Below, piece by piece: positions 32,586 through 41,810 of a DNA stretch of 64,000 nucleotides (position 1 is the first letter of the stretch; the number at the start of each line of letters is the position of its first letter). The notes under the pieces were generated by a model. That model was not told the DNA's origin. It saw only the letters and a list, made by a program, of their open reading frames with translations, and did no database searches. Source of the stretch: an uncultured Gemmatimonadales bacterium (GTDB taxonomy: Bacteria; Gemmatimonadota; Gemmatimonadetes; Longimicrobiales; RSA9); NCBI GenBank assembly GCA_963708135.1, contig OY970192.1:1728001-1792000 (forward strand), read 5' to 3'. The translations under genes were made by a program, and so were the position numbers.

Positions 32586-33227
32586 ATGTCCAGCAGCTCC
32601 CCGGGACGCACGGCCGTGCTGGCCGCCCTTGCCCTCCTGCTCGCCGCCTGCGGCGGCAGGCCCCCTGCCCAGGATCGCGGGGGCACCGTGCCGGCCGGCT
32701 CCACCGGCGCCGGGCCCGGCGGCATGATGGGCCGGGGCGGGACGGTGGGACGCGCCGGCACGACGGGTGCGATGATGGGCGGGACGACGGGCGGGACGAT
32801 GGGACGCGCCGGCATGACGGGCGGGATGATGGGACGCGCCGGCATGACGGGCGGGATGATGGGCGCCCGCGCCGACACCGCCGCCGCACCGCGCGCCCAG
32901 GCCGCCGCAGCCACGGCCCCCGACTGTCCGCCGATCGCCCAGCCGCTCGTGGACCAGGGCCGCGCCATCTTCACCGGTGGCGGCAACTGCTTCGCCTGCC
33001 ACGGCAGCAACGCCAAGGGCACCGCCCTGGCCCCCGACCTCACCGACCAGACCTGGCTCAACATCGACGGCTCCTACGCCGCCATTGCCGACCTCGTCCG
33101 CACCGGCGTGGCCAAGCCGAAGCAGCACCCCGCGCCCATGCCGCCCCTGGGCGGTGCCCAGCTCGACCAGGCGCAGGTCTGCGCGGTGGCCGCCTACGTC
33201 TACTCGCTCGGGCACAAGGGCGGGTAG
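32586..33227 (+). CDS. Monoheme c-type cytochrome lipoprotein with Met/Gly repeat region
   Basis: Lipobox LAAC; CFACH; PMPP distal Met candidate; GGMMGRAGMT repeats. Confidence 0.88.
   Translation: MSSSSPGRTAVLAALALLLAACGGRPPAQDRGGTVPAGSTGAGPGGMMGRGGTVGRAGTTGAMMGGTTGGTMGRAGMTGGMMGRAGMTGGMMGARADTAAAPRAQAAAATAPDCPPIAQPLVDQGRAIFTGGGNCFACHGSNAKGTALAPDLTDQTWLNIDGSYAAIADLVRTGVAKPKQHPAPMPPLGGAQLDQAQVCAVAAYVYSLGHKGG
32786..32863. repeat. In-frame 30-bp tandem repeat
   Basis: GACGGGCGGGAYGATGGGACGCGCCGGCAT, about 2.6 copies. Confidence 0.85.
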
Positions 33228-33268
33228 CAGGTCCGGCCGCCGGCCGCGGCGGCGCCGCGACCCGTTTC

Positions 33269-33496
33269 GCCGAGGATCGGCGCCACACACGGTGTTCAGC
33301 CCGCGCCGAAGGCGACGCCGACGCCGACGCTCCCGGCATAGCCGGCCGGCTTGCGGGCGAGGTGCGCCCGCAGCTCACGCTCCAGACCCGGAATCCGGAG
33401 CCCGCCGAGCATCTGAGCGCCGAACAGGATGAGCACCGTGCCGCCGATCCGCTGCAGCCACACGCCTTGCGTGCGCAGCAGCGACCCCACCAGTCC
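33269..33496 (-). pseudogene. ccdA: Internal ccdA (DsbD TM-like) fragment with nonsense mutation
   Basis: RIGGTVLILFG...GVAFGAG*TPCVAPILG; TGA at 33298-33296 replaces the W of GWTPC. Confidence 0.8.
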
Positions 33497-33691
33497 GCGA
33501 GGCCTTCCTCGCGACGGTGCGGGGCGAGAGTGCCGGGCTGGAGAAGCCGGCATGCGTGCTGGACCTGCTCGAGCGCCTTCCGTAGGTGAAGAAGAGCGGC
33601 TGAACGCGGCGCCGCGGACACGAGAGAGGGCGCGCCGGCGGGCAGCGTGCCGCCGGCGCTCTCGTGCGGTATGCCGTCGCCGCGCGCTCGG

Positions 33692-34079
33692 TCAGGCGCT
33701 TCCCCCGGCCGGCGCTGCATCCGGCGGGGCCGTGGCCGCGCCTTCACCGTCGGGCCCGACCGGCCGGGTCCACCGGCGGAACGCCACCGAGAGGAGCCCC
33801 GCTCCGCCCAGCAGCAGCGCCAGCGGGCCGCCCCAGACCAGCAGGTTCACGCCCCGCTTCGGCGGGTCCAGCAGAATCCACTCGCCGTACTTTGCTCACG
33901 AAATAGGCGATCACCTGTTGGTCCGTTTCGCCCCGCGCGAGGCGCTCCCGCACCACCGCGCGCATGTCCTTGGCCAGGCCGGATGGGGACTCCAGGATCG
34001 AGAGCTGCCGGCAGATCGGGCAGCGCAGCCGGCTGGCCACGCGCTCGACGGCCGCGGCGAGCAGGATGGACAGGATCAT
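33692..34079 (-). pseudogene. ccmH: CcmH/CycL with a +1 frameshift
   Basis: LRCPIC...YFVSK, then after an extra A near 33892, YGEWILLDPP..G.NLLVW. Confidence 0.8.
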
Positions 34080-34633
34080 GATGCACCTCCCTTCGCGCCC
34101 CTTGCGGGCGCCGCCCGCTCGCGGAGCGCCTCGATCTCCGTGTCCAGCAGCGAGTCGCTCACGGGCCCGATGTGCTTGTGTCGGACGATGCCGTCGGCAT
34201 CGATGAAGAAGGTCTCGGGGACCCCGTAGACGCCGTAGTTGATCGCCATCCTGCTCTTCGGGTCCACGAGCTGGGTCCAGCCCCCGCCGTTCTCGGCCAG
34301 GTAGGCGCGCGCGTTGGCCTTCGAGTCCTGGAAGATCACCCCCACCATCACCACGCCCCGGTCGCGGTAGCGCCGCCATGCGCGCACCAGCGACGCGTGC
34401 TCCTGGCGGCAGGCCAGGCACCAGGAAGCCCAGAAGTTCACCACCACCGCCCGGCCACGCAGCTCCGACAGGGCCACCGAATCAAGCGCGTCGAGGCGCG
34501 CGAGCCGGAACTCGGGCGCGGGCGAACCCACGAGCGGACTCGGGATGAGCGAGGCATCCTTCGTCAGCCCGTAGCCGAACAGTCCGATCAAGGCGACGAC
34601 GATCGCCATGCCGAGAACCTTCCACCGGGTCAT
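34076..34633 (-). CDS. CcmG/TlpA-like thiol-disulfide oxidoreductase
   Basis: NFWASWCLAC, YGVYGVPETFFID; AAAGGAGG RBS. Confidence 0.9.
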   Translation of the reverse strand: MTRWKVLGMAIVVALIGLFGYGLTKDASLIPSPLVGSPAPEFRLARLDALDSVALSELRGRAVVVNFWASWCLACRQEHASLVRAWRRYRDRGVVMVGVIFQDSKANARAYLAENGGGWTQLVDPKSRMAINYGVYGVPETFFIDADGIVRHKHIGPVSDSLLDTEIEALRERAAPARGAKGGAS

Positions 34634-35090
34634 GCCGCCACCTCCTTTGTTGCGGCGAGCGCCGGGGCGATCGTGGCCGCGCCCGCACGGCGCCGCGGCC
34701 CGGGCCACATCGCGACGAGGGCACCGCCGGCCAGGACCAGCGTGCCGATCCATAGCCACACCATGAGCGGCCGCACGACGAGGTGCAGCGTGGCCGAGGA
34801 GCCATCACGGGAGAACGCCAGCAGGTTGACGAAGAGGTCGTTCGCGGCCGTGCTCAGCACGGCCGGCGTCGGAACCGCCTCGTCCCGGTTCGGATAGTAG
34901 TTCTGGCGCGGCTCGACCCGCCCGATGAGGTGCCCGCGGCGCCTCACCTCGAGCGTGGTGCCGACGCCGACGCGGAACGCCTCGTCGCGCGCCCACACCT
35001 CGTCCAGCCGCAGCGCGTACAGCCCGATGCGCACCGTCTGCCCCGGCGCCAAGCGTGACCTCCGTCTCCTGCTTCGAGTTCCACGAAGAA
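34630..35090 (-). pseudogene. ccmF: 3' remnant of ccmF (heme lyase)
   Basis: ETEVTL/APGQTV (frameshifted), P...YY, TPAV, DLFVNL, PLMVWLWIG; the 5' majority of the gene is absent. Confidence 0.75.
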
Positions 35091-35194
35091 GGCTCGTTAA
35101 GGCTGGTTCACGCCGACCGCGCGTGAAGCGCCCCTCGCGCTCGAGCTCATCCCTGTCGGCCGCGCCGCAGAACCGCCGCCCCGGCCGCGCCGGA

Positions 35195-35230
35195 TGAGCC
35201 GTTCTTCACCGCGGTTTCAGGCCCGCTTCA
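35195..35230 (+). promoter_or_regulatory. Island regulon box upstream of the Spy/CpxP-like gene
   Basis: TGAGC-cgtt-CTTCA-N6-TTTCA-N6-CTTCA; TATGCT at 35243. Confidence 0.8.
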
Positions 35231-35321
35231 TGGGTGGTCCGCTATGCTTCGGGCGAACGAGAAGTCCGGTGCGGCCCACCAAGGTGGCGGCGCCGCGAAC
35301 CTGTGAAATCGGGAGGCGAGA

Positions 35322-35984
35322 ATGAAGCGGATGATCGGAGGAACGGCGGTCGCCTTGTTGCTGGCGGCGCTGCCCGTGGCGGCACAGGCTCAGCACGCCC
35401 ACCGGGCGCACGGCATGCAACCGGGCGGCCCCGGCGGTCGCGCCATGATGCAGGCCGGCGGCGGCATGATGGGCGGCGGGATGATGGGCGGCGGGATGAT
35501 GAGCATGATGGGCCAGGGGATGGGTGCCGGGATGGGGATCGGCCACGGCGTCCCGGGACCCGCCGCGCTCCTCGAGATGCGCGATGCGCTCGAGCTCACG
35601 CCGGAGCAGGTGACCCGGCTGGAGGCAATCCGCAAGACGACGGACGGCGCCGTAAGGAAGATGCGGCAGCAGGCACAGGAAGCGGCGACGCGCGCGAGCA
35701 AGCTGCGCGCGGCAACGTCGCCTGACCCGGACGCGTACGCCGCCGCGATCCGCGAGGCGGGCGCACCGCTGGTCGAGGCGCACGCGCTCACGGCCCGCAC
35801 GGCGCTGCAGGCACGCCAGCTCCTCACGGCCGAGCAGCAGAAGACGCTTGCAGCCGGGACGCAGGCCGGCGTGGCGATGTGTCGCGCCATGATGGGTGGG
35901 ATGGGTGGCGGCATGACGGGTGGCGGCGCGGCCGCCATGCACCAGGCGACGCCGTCGGGCGCGGCCCGCTCGACGCTCGACTGA
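35322..35984 (+). CDS. Spy/CpxP-family periplasmic protein, Met-rich
   Basis: Signal peptide; LELTPEQ and LLTAEQ motifs; GGMM repeats. Confidence 0.85.
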   Translation: MKRMIGGTAVALLLAALPVAAQAQHAHRAHGMQPGGPGGRAMMQAGGGMMGGGMMGGGMMSMMGQGMGAGMGIGHGVPGPAALLEMRDALELTPEQVTRLEAIRKTTDGAVRKMRQQAQEAATRASKLRAATSPDPDAYAAAIREAGAPLVEAHALTARTALQARQLLTAEQQKTLAAGTQAGVAMCRAMMGGMGGGMTGGGAAAMHQATPSGAARSTLD

Positions 35985-36092
35985 CTCACCGGCGCGCAGA
36001 CCAGACGGCCGGCAGCTCCGCATGAGGGGGCTACCGGCCGTTCGTGCGGTTCCGGCCGGTCCGCGGGGCGCCCGCGCCGGCCCTGATACGGC

Positions 36093-36389
36093 TCAGACCG
36101 GGTTCATGCGCGAGTGCTGCAGCACCTGCATCTTCTGCACGAACTCCTGCTCGGTCAGCTCACCGTCGGCGAACCGTCCGCGCAGCCGTTCCTCCGCGTC
36201 CAGCCGCTCCTGCGCCCAGCGGTGCGTCTCGCGCGTGTCCTCGTGCATGCGCCAGAAGGCCCAGAGGAGCAGCGCGATACACACGATCCAGAACGTCCAC
36301 CACGCCCAGTGCATCCCCATGAAGAGTCCCTGCCGGTGCCACGGCATGTCGTCCATCATCGCCTGGCCGGCGCCGAGCAGCGTGTCCAT
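36093..36389 (-). CDS. SHOCT-domain membrane protein
   Basis: MGMHWAWW TM segment; LRGRFADGELTEQEF. Confidence 0.82.
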   Translation of the reverse strand: MDTLLGAGQAMMDDMPWHRQGLFMGMHWAWWTFWIVCIALLLWAFWRMHEDTRETHRWAQERLDAEERLRGRFADGELTEQEFVQKMQVLQHSRMNPV

Positions 36390-36400
36390 TGCCTTCCTCC

Positions 36401-36742
36401 TCAAACGAGGGCGGCGAGGTTCTCGTCGCCCGTGCGGATCTTGACCACCCGTTCCACCTCCGAGATGCAGATGATGCCGTCGCCCTGGTGCCCCGTGGTG
36501 GCGGTCCGCCGAACCACGTCGATCAGCTCGTCCACACGCTCGTCGGGGACGATCACCTCGATCTTCGTCTTCTCCGTGTACGCGCCGCCCTCCTCGAAGG
36601 AGAGGCGGTAGTGCTCGGGGTCGACGCCGCTGCCGAGCGCGTGCACGTGGCAGATGAAGAGGCGCGGCACACTGGCCACCCCGAGCGCCTCGACCAGCGC
36701 GTCCACGCGCTCCCTCCGCACGATCATCTTGAGCAGCTTCAT
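36401..36742 (-). CDS. Non-canonical P-II family protein
   Basis: MKLLKMIVR, KIEVIV, TGHQGDGII, VKIRTGD; overlaps the kinase stop codon. Confidence 0.88.
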   Translation of the reverse strand: MKLLKMIVRRERVDALVEALGVASVPRLFICHVHALGSGVDPEHYRLSFEEGGAYTEKTKIEVIVPDERVDELIDVVRRTATTGHQGDGIICISEVERVVKIRTGDENLAALV

Positions 36743-38298
36743 GAGTGGGTCTCCAGTCGGGTGAGCGCCGCGGCGGCCGCGAGGCGGATCTCGCCCGCTC
36801 CACCCCCGACGGCCGCCGGCGTGCCGTCCGCGATGGTGCGGTCCCGGGCGCCGTCGGCCGCGGCGGATTCGCCCTCCTCTGCCGCCTCTGCCGCGACCGG
36901 GAACGAGACCGTGAACACCGCCCCACCGGCGGCCCGGTTCGCGGCCGTGATCGACGCCTCGTGAGCCTGTGCGATCGCTTGCGCGATCGAGAGTCCCAGC
37001 CCCGTGCCACCGACCATCCCGGCCGGCGTGCGACTCTCGTCCGCACGGAAGAAGCGGTCGAAGAGCCGTCCAATCTGGGCGTCGGGCAGGCCCGGTCCCG
37101 TATCGGCGACGCGGAGCAGCGCGCCGCCGGCGCCCGCTTCGACCTCGACCACGACCTCCCCTCCCGCGGGCGTGTACTTGATCGCGTTCTCGATCAGGTT
37201 GTAGGCGAGCCGCTCGACCAGCTCCGGGTCCGTGCATACGAGCGCGCTGCCCCGGCTCCGGAAGGTGAGGCGCACCTCTTCGCCGTGCGCCCGCGCCTGC
37301 AGGCGCTTGCAGGTGTGCGCCACCGGCGTCGCCAGCTCTCCGTCGCGCATCCGGGGTCGCAACACGCCCGCGTCCGCCCGCGCCAACGTGAGCAGGTCCT
37401 CCGCCGTGCGCCCCAGTCGGTGCGCCTCCTCGAGCGCGCTCGCGATCACGCGGCGGTACTCCACCGGCGCACGCTCGCGGCGCAACGCGAGCTCCAGCTC
37501 GCCCTGCAGGGCGGTGAGCGGCGAGCGCAGCTCGTGGCTCGCATCCGCCGTGAAGCGGCGCTGCGCATCGAAGGCCCGGTCCAGCCGCTCGAGCATCGTG
37601 TTGAGCACCTGCACGAGCCGCTGGTACTCCTGCGTGCCCGCGTACGCCTGGATGCGCCGCCCCAGCGTGTGTGCGCCGATCGCCTCCGACTGGTCGATGA
37701 TCTCGTCCACCGGCCGGACCACCCGCGCCGCCAGCCACCAGCTGCCGGCGAAGCTGCCCGCGCCCGCCACCAGGATCAGCGAGATGAGCAGCAGCCGCAG
37801 CCGCTCCAGGGTGAGGTTGCGCGCCACCAGCGGCGCCGCCACCTCCAGCACGTGGTGCGCGTGCGCCGGGCCCAGCCGCACCAGCGGGTAATAGAGCGAC
37901 CGCACGGGGATGTCCCCGAGACGCTGCTCCGCCGAGACCAGTCGTCCCTCCATCGCCTCGCGCAGCGCCGCCCGGTCGAGCGGCAGGTCGCGCGTCAGAT
38001 AGCGGGTCCGCAGCATACTCCGGCCGCCCGCCGTCCACACCTGCGCGTAGCGGTTCAGGTCCAGCACGGACGCCGCCTCGGCGGGGGTGAGCGCCCACTC
38101 GTGGAACTCCATCTTCGCCGAGCCGGGTTGCGTCAGCGACGCCGCCTGGATCGAGGCCAGGTTGATCAGGCTGGCGTTGATCTGCCGGTCCAGCGAGGCG
38201 CGCATCGCCATGTACGTCACGCCGCCCATAGCGAAGAGCGCGACGCCTACGCCCGCGGTCACGCGCGCGGCGAGCTGGAACCGGAAGGAGCGGATCAC
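36739..38298 (-). CDS. Sensor histidine kinase (CusS/CzcS-like, HAMP-HisKA-HATPase)
   Basis: FTADASHELRSPL, NLIENAIKY, DTGPG, LFDRFFR, GTGLGL; GTG start overlapping the regulator stop. Confidence 0.93.
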   Translation of the reverse strand: MIRSFRFQLAARVTAGVGVALFAMGGVTYMAMRASLDRQINASLINLASIQAASLTQPGSAKMEFHEWALTPAEAASVLDLNRYAQVWTAGGRSMLRTRYLTRDLPLDRAALREAMEGRLVSAEQRLGDIPVRSLYYPLVRLGPAHAHHVLEVAAPLVARNLTLERLRLLLISLILVAGAGSFAGSWWLAARVVRPVDEIIDQSEAIGAHTLGRRIQAYAGTQEYQRLVQVLNTMLERLDRAFDAQRRFTADASHELRSPLTALQGELELALRRERAPVEYRRVIASALEEAHRLGRTAEDLLTLARADAGVLRPRMRDGELATPVAHTCKRLQARAHGEEVRLTFRSRGSALVCTDPELVERLAYNLIENAIKYTPAGGEVVVEVEAGAGGALLRVADTGPGLPDAQIGRLFDRFFRADESRTPAGMVGGTGLGLSIAQAIAQAHEASITAANRAAGGAVFTVSFPVAAEAAEEGESAAADGARDRTIADGTPAAVGGGAGEIRLAAAAALTRLETHS

Positions 38299-38975
38299 GC
38301 CTCCGGCTCCTGGCGCAGGATGTAGCCGACGCCCCGCAGCGTGTGCAGCAGGGGCGGCCGCCCGCCGTCCCGCAGCTTCCGCCGCAGGTTGGCCACATGC
38401 ACGTCCACCACGTTCGACATCGGGTCGAAGTGCAGGTCCCACACCTTCTCGAGTAGCTCCGTGCGCCGCACCACCTCCTCCGGGTGCAGCAGGAAGTACT
38501 CGAGTAGCTCGAACTCCTTGGCCGTCAGGTCGAGCAGCTCGCCGCCGCGCCGGACCACATGCTTCAGCCGGTCCATCTCGATGTCCGCGTACAGCAGCCG
38601 CGCGAGCCGGGCGGCCCCGCCGCGCCGGATCAGCGCGCGCATCCGCGCCAGCAGCTCGTCGAAGTTGAACGGCTTCGTGACGTAGTCGTCGGCTCCCGCG
38701 TTCAGCCCCTCGATAATGTCGTCGGTCGCATCCCGCGCCGTGAGCATCAGGATCGGAACCGTCCTGCCGCTCGTGCGCAGCTCGTGGACGATCTGGTAGC
38801 CGTTCTTGCCCGGCAGCATCACGTCCACGAGAAGGCTGTCGTAGTCGTAGACGTGCGCGTTCAGCGCGCCCTCCGTCCCGTCGTTCGACACGTCCACCTC
38901 GTAGCCCTCCTCGCGCAGCCCCCGGGCGAGAAAGCTAGCCACCTTCCGATCGTCTTCGATGACGAGGACCCGCAT
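38295..38975 (-). CDS. OmpR-family response regulator (CusR/CzcR-like)
   Basis: VIEDD, DVMLP, MLTA, GADDYVTKPF, SNVVDVHV, HTLRGVGY; AAGGAGGT RBS. Confidence 0.95.
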   Translation of the reverse strand: MRVLVIEDDRKVASFLARGLREEGYEVDVSNDGTEGALNAHVYDYDSLLVDVMLPGKNGYQIVHELRTSGRTVPILMLTARDATDDIIEGLNAGADDYVTKPFNFDELLARMRALIRRGGAARLARLLYADIEMDRLKHVVRRGGELLDLTAKEFELLEYFLLHPEEVVRRTELLEKVWDLHFDPMSNVVDVHVANLRRKLRDGGRPPLLHTLRGVGYILRQEPEA

Positions 38976-39023
38976 GCTCACCTCCTTGATCGTTGCCCCG
39001 CGTCGAATGTCGCGCGGGGCGCA

Positions 39024-39059
39024 TGAAGTCGAGGTGAATCCGGCGTGAAGAAGCGTTCA
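39024..39059 (-). promoter_or_regulatory. Regulon box upstream of the response regulator (possible autoregulation)
   Basis: TGAA at 39024, 39035, 39046; TGAAG-aagc-GTTCA. Confidence 0.8.
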
Positions 39060-39123
39060 TGGAAGCGCTCACCCGCGTCTCGCTCGCCCGCCTGCTGCGG
39101 GCCGAAGGCCGGCGGCGGCGGCG

Positions 39124-39588
39124 TTACGCCTGCTTGCTCACGACGATCTCGTTGCCCTGTACCTTGACTATATAGGGCGCGAGCGGCCGGGGCGGTGGTC
39201 CCGAGACGTTCTTGCCGTTCAGGTCGTAGTGACCGTTGTGGCAGGCGCACCAGATGTCGGAGTGCTCGCTGCCGTATTGCACGATGCAGCCGAGATGCGT
39301 GCAGATGGCGGTGAAGGCCCGCAGCTCGCCCTGCGGGGTCCGGATCAGGATCCCCGGCTTGTTGCCGAACCTGAAGATCTGCCCCGAGTTGAGTGGCACG
39401 TCCGAAGGCTTGACGCTGAGCACGACCGAGTTGACAGCCGACTCGCCCGACTCCGGCGGGTCCAGGTACTCCGCCACCGGGTATGAGATGGCGATGAACA
39501 TGCCCCCGAGGGTCGTACCCAGCAGCCAGTCCAGGAAGCGCTTTCGGTTCACTCCGCCGCTCCCGGGCTCGCCGGGCGGTGCCGTCAT
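39124..39588 (-). CDS. Rieske [2Fe-2S] protein (PetC/QcrA-like)
   Basis: NRKRFL Tat-like leader plus TM; CTHLGC and CACHNG; GPPPRPL. Confidence 0.92.
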   Translation of the reverse strand: MTAPPGEPGSGGVNRKRFLDWLLGTTLGGMFIAISYPVAEYLDPPESGESAVNSVVLSVKPSDVPLNSGQIFRFGNKPGILIRTPQGELRAFTAICTHLGCIVQYGSEHSDIWCACHNGHYDLNGKNVSGPPPRPLAPYIVKVQGNEIVVSKQA

Positions 39589-39663
39589 TGCTCCTCTCTC
39601 CTTTCCGCAGCCTGCGCCTGGCCGGGCACCGTGGTCGGGGCGGGGCGGCCAACCCCTCCCCTC

Positions 39664-40584
39664 TCAGGCCGAGCGCAGGGCGCGCGTGGGTGCGCCGCAC
39701 CTGGCGCAGTAGCGGTCGTCCGGCGAGAGCGACTCCCCGCATTGCGTACAGAAGCGTGCCGCGCCCGTTTCCGGCCGGCTCGCGCTTTCCCGTGCGCCCA
39801 CATCCGCCCTGCCGCGTACGATCCGCGGCCGGACGAGCGGCCAGAGCCCGAAGCCCGCGGACACCAGAGCCACGAGGGCCAGGATCGCGATCGCGGTCCT
39901 GTGGCCTCCGGGCGCGGCGGGTGGGGTGGCCGATGACGTGGCATCACCGGGGGATGCGATGGAGGGCTGGTCATCCGTCTTGCGGTAGGCCACGGTCACC
40001 GCCTTCCGCGCGCCCGCCTTCACGCCGTCGTATTGCAGGACGTAGTAGTTGAAGCCGTTCCGGTCCTGGCTCACCTGTTCCGTGAGCGGCGAGATCGTGA
40101 AGTCCTGCGCCCGCTGCGGCTCCTGCACCGCCACCACGAGCGTATCCATGACGAACGGCGAGAGGACGGTGTAGGTGAAGCGGCGCTGCGCCGCGCCCCC
40201 CAGCGGGTTGTAGTAGAACTCCATATAGAAGTCCGGCACCGTCAGGCGGTACGTGAGCTCGACCAGCCCGTCCGCGCGCTTGTGCGTCTGATACGTCGCG
40301 TGGATGTGCTGCCCGTTCGCGTCCACCCCTCCCACCATGTGCACGTGTGCGCCGTCCGGGATCACGAACGTGAAATCGGTCGGCGTCTTTCCCGGCGCCA
40401 CCAGGCTCCCCTTGTAGATCAGGAGCACCCGCGGCTCGTCGTACTCGGGCCAGATCTCCACGTCCATGTACGAGATCACCGGCGCCGGATCGGCCCGCGA
40501 TGGCCGGGGCGTCCCCGCGACGGCCGCGGTGCCGAGCGGCGGGAGCGTACCCGCCAGCAGAGCGGCAAGGATCGGTGTGAGCAT
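39664..40584 (-). CDS. Exported domain + TM + C-terminal zinc-ribbon protein
   Basis: IWPEYDEPRVL; FCTQCG...YCARCG. Confidence 0.8.
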   Translation of the reverse strand: MLTPILAALLAGTLPPLGTAAVAGTPRPSRADPAPVISYMDVEIWPEYDEPRVLLIYKGSLVAPGKTPTDFTFVIPDGAHVHMVGGVDANGQHIHATYQTHKRADGLVELTYRLTVPDFYMEFYYNPLGGAAQRRFTYTVLSPFVMDTLVVAVQEPQRAQDFTISPLTEQVSQDRNGFNYYVLQYDGVKAGARKAVTVAYRKTDDQPSIASPGDATSSATPPAAPGGHRTAIAILALVALVSAGFGLWPLVRPRIVRGRADVGARESASRPETGAARFCTQCGESLSPDDRYCARCGAPTRALRSA

Positions 40585-40645
40585 GCGGCTGTCCCTCGTC
40601 GGATGAGTCCCGCTCGTCCTCGAATCCAGGATGCGCAACGCGGCC

Positions 40646-40760
40646 TGAAGCGGGCATGAAATCCGGGTTAAGCCGCGTTCATGCGGCGATCCGCAAGCGC
40701 GAGCCGGCCGGACTCCTGCCATCGTGAAGTCGACTTCATGTCCACTTCACCATGGCTTCA
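40646..40760. promoter_or_regulatory. Two back-to-back regulon boxes (divergent promoter)
   Basis: 40646-40681 faces minus; 40725-40760 TGAAG-tcga-CTTCA-tgtcca-CTTCA-ccatgg-CTTCA faces plus, with TATCCT at 40773. Confidence 0.85.
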
Positions 40761-40821
40761 CCACGGCAGGAGTATCCTTGCGGGGTGTTCAGAGTGTCCC
40801 GCCAGAACAGGAGAGTGAACA

Positions 40822-41289
40822 GTGGGCAAGAACCGGAAACAGAGCGCCGGGCGTGGCGGCGGCAGGCGGCGGAAGTGGACGTCGCTCCTGCCCTGGGGCA
40901 TCACCGCGGCGGCGCTGCTCGCGATCCTCGTCCTCGCGGCGCAGGGACGTGGGCATGGCACAGCCAGCCACCATCCGACCCCGCGCAGCGATGCGGCGAC
41001 GACGCAGGCGCGCAAGATCGTGCCGGCCTCCGCCTACGCCGCGTATCCCCGCATCCAGGAGACCTACCGCGAGGCGGCGCTGGTGCCGCAGGTGCTGGAT
41101 GGCATCTACTGCTACTGCGAGTGCAAGGAGCACATGGGACACTACTCGCTGCTGGACTGCTACAAGAGCGACCACGCGGCGGGCTGCGACGTGTGTCTCT
41201 CCGAGGGTGAGCTGGCCTACAAGATGACGCAGCAGGGCAAGTCGCTCGACCAGATCAGGGCCGCCGTGGACCGCCTATACGGCGCATGA
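40822..41289 (+). CDS. PCYCGC-motif family protein
   Basis: YCYCEC...HYSLLDCY...HAAGCDVC after a TM anchor. Confidence 0.85.
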   Translation: MGKNRKQSAGRGGGRRRKWTSLLPWGITAAALLAILVLAAQGRGHGTASHHPTPRSDAATTQARKIVPASAYAAYPRIQETYREAALVPQVLDGIYCYCECKEHMGHYSLLDCYKSDHAAGCDVCLSEGELAYKMTQQGKSLDQIRAAVDRLYGA

Positions 41290-41741
41290 GAACGCGGGCC
41301 ATGCGGTCCTGCCCGCACCTGGCTGCCGGCGCGGCCGCCGTGCTCGCGCTGCTCCTGGCCGCCTGCAACTCCGGGCCACGGGAGCGAAGGAACGCGGTCG
41401 GCCGGCAGGTCGCGCTCGAGGAGCTCTCCCGCATGAATACCCGCATGGCCCCCGATGCCTCGCTGGCCGGCGTCAGCGCACAGGGCGTGAGCGGCATTGT
41501 GCCGCTCCGCCCCCGCCCGCTCCGGGACCAGGCCGATTCCAGCGACTTCCGTCACTTCGTGCACCGCTGCAACGCCTGCCACGCCGCGCCCGACCCCTCC
41601 ATGCACACTGCCGGCGAGTGGGCGGTCGTGATCAGCCGGATGAAGGACAACATGCGCCTCGCCGGCCTGCTCCCCCTCCGGCCACAACAGGAGCGGGCGA
41701 TCATGGAGTTCCTTACCCGGGGCGCCGGGCTTGCCCCCTGA
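41286..41741 (+). CDS. Monoheme c-type cytochrome lipoprotein
   Basis: LAAC lipobox; CNACH; W..V..RM..NM; ATGA overlap. Confidence 0.82.
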   Translation: MRTRAMRSCPHLAAGAAAVLALLLAACNSGPRERRNAVGRQVALEELSRMNTRMAPDASLAGVSAQGVSGIVPLRPRPLRDQADSSDFRHFVHRCNACHAAPDPSMHTAGEWAVVISRMKDNMRLAGLLPLRPQQERAIMEFLTRGAGLAP

Positions 41742-41810
41742 GCCGGGGCCCGGCGCCACTGTCTGGGGACGGGCCGGGAGTTGCTGCGCCGCGCGGGCTC
41801 GGAGTCCCGT

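Noticed and set aside
33296..33298. Selenocysteine or recoding at the in-frame TGA of ccdA
   Set aside because: The position is the conserved Trp, not Cys, and the gene is truncated at both ends
33500..33603. Coding-like plus-strand stretch EAFLATVRGES...LLERLP*
   Set aside because: Too short to assign to any family
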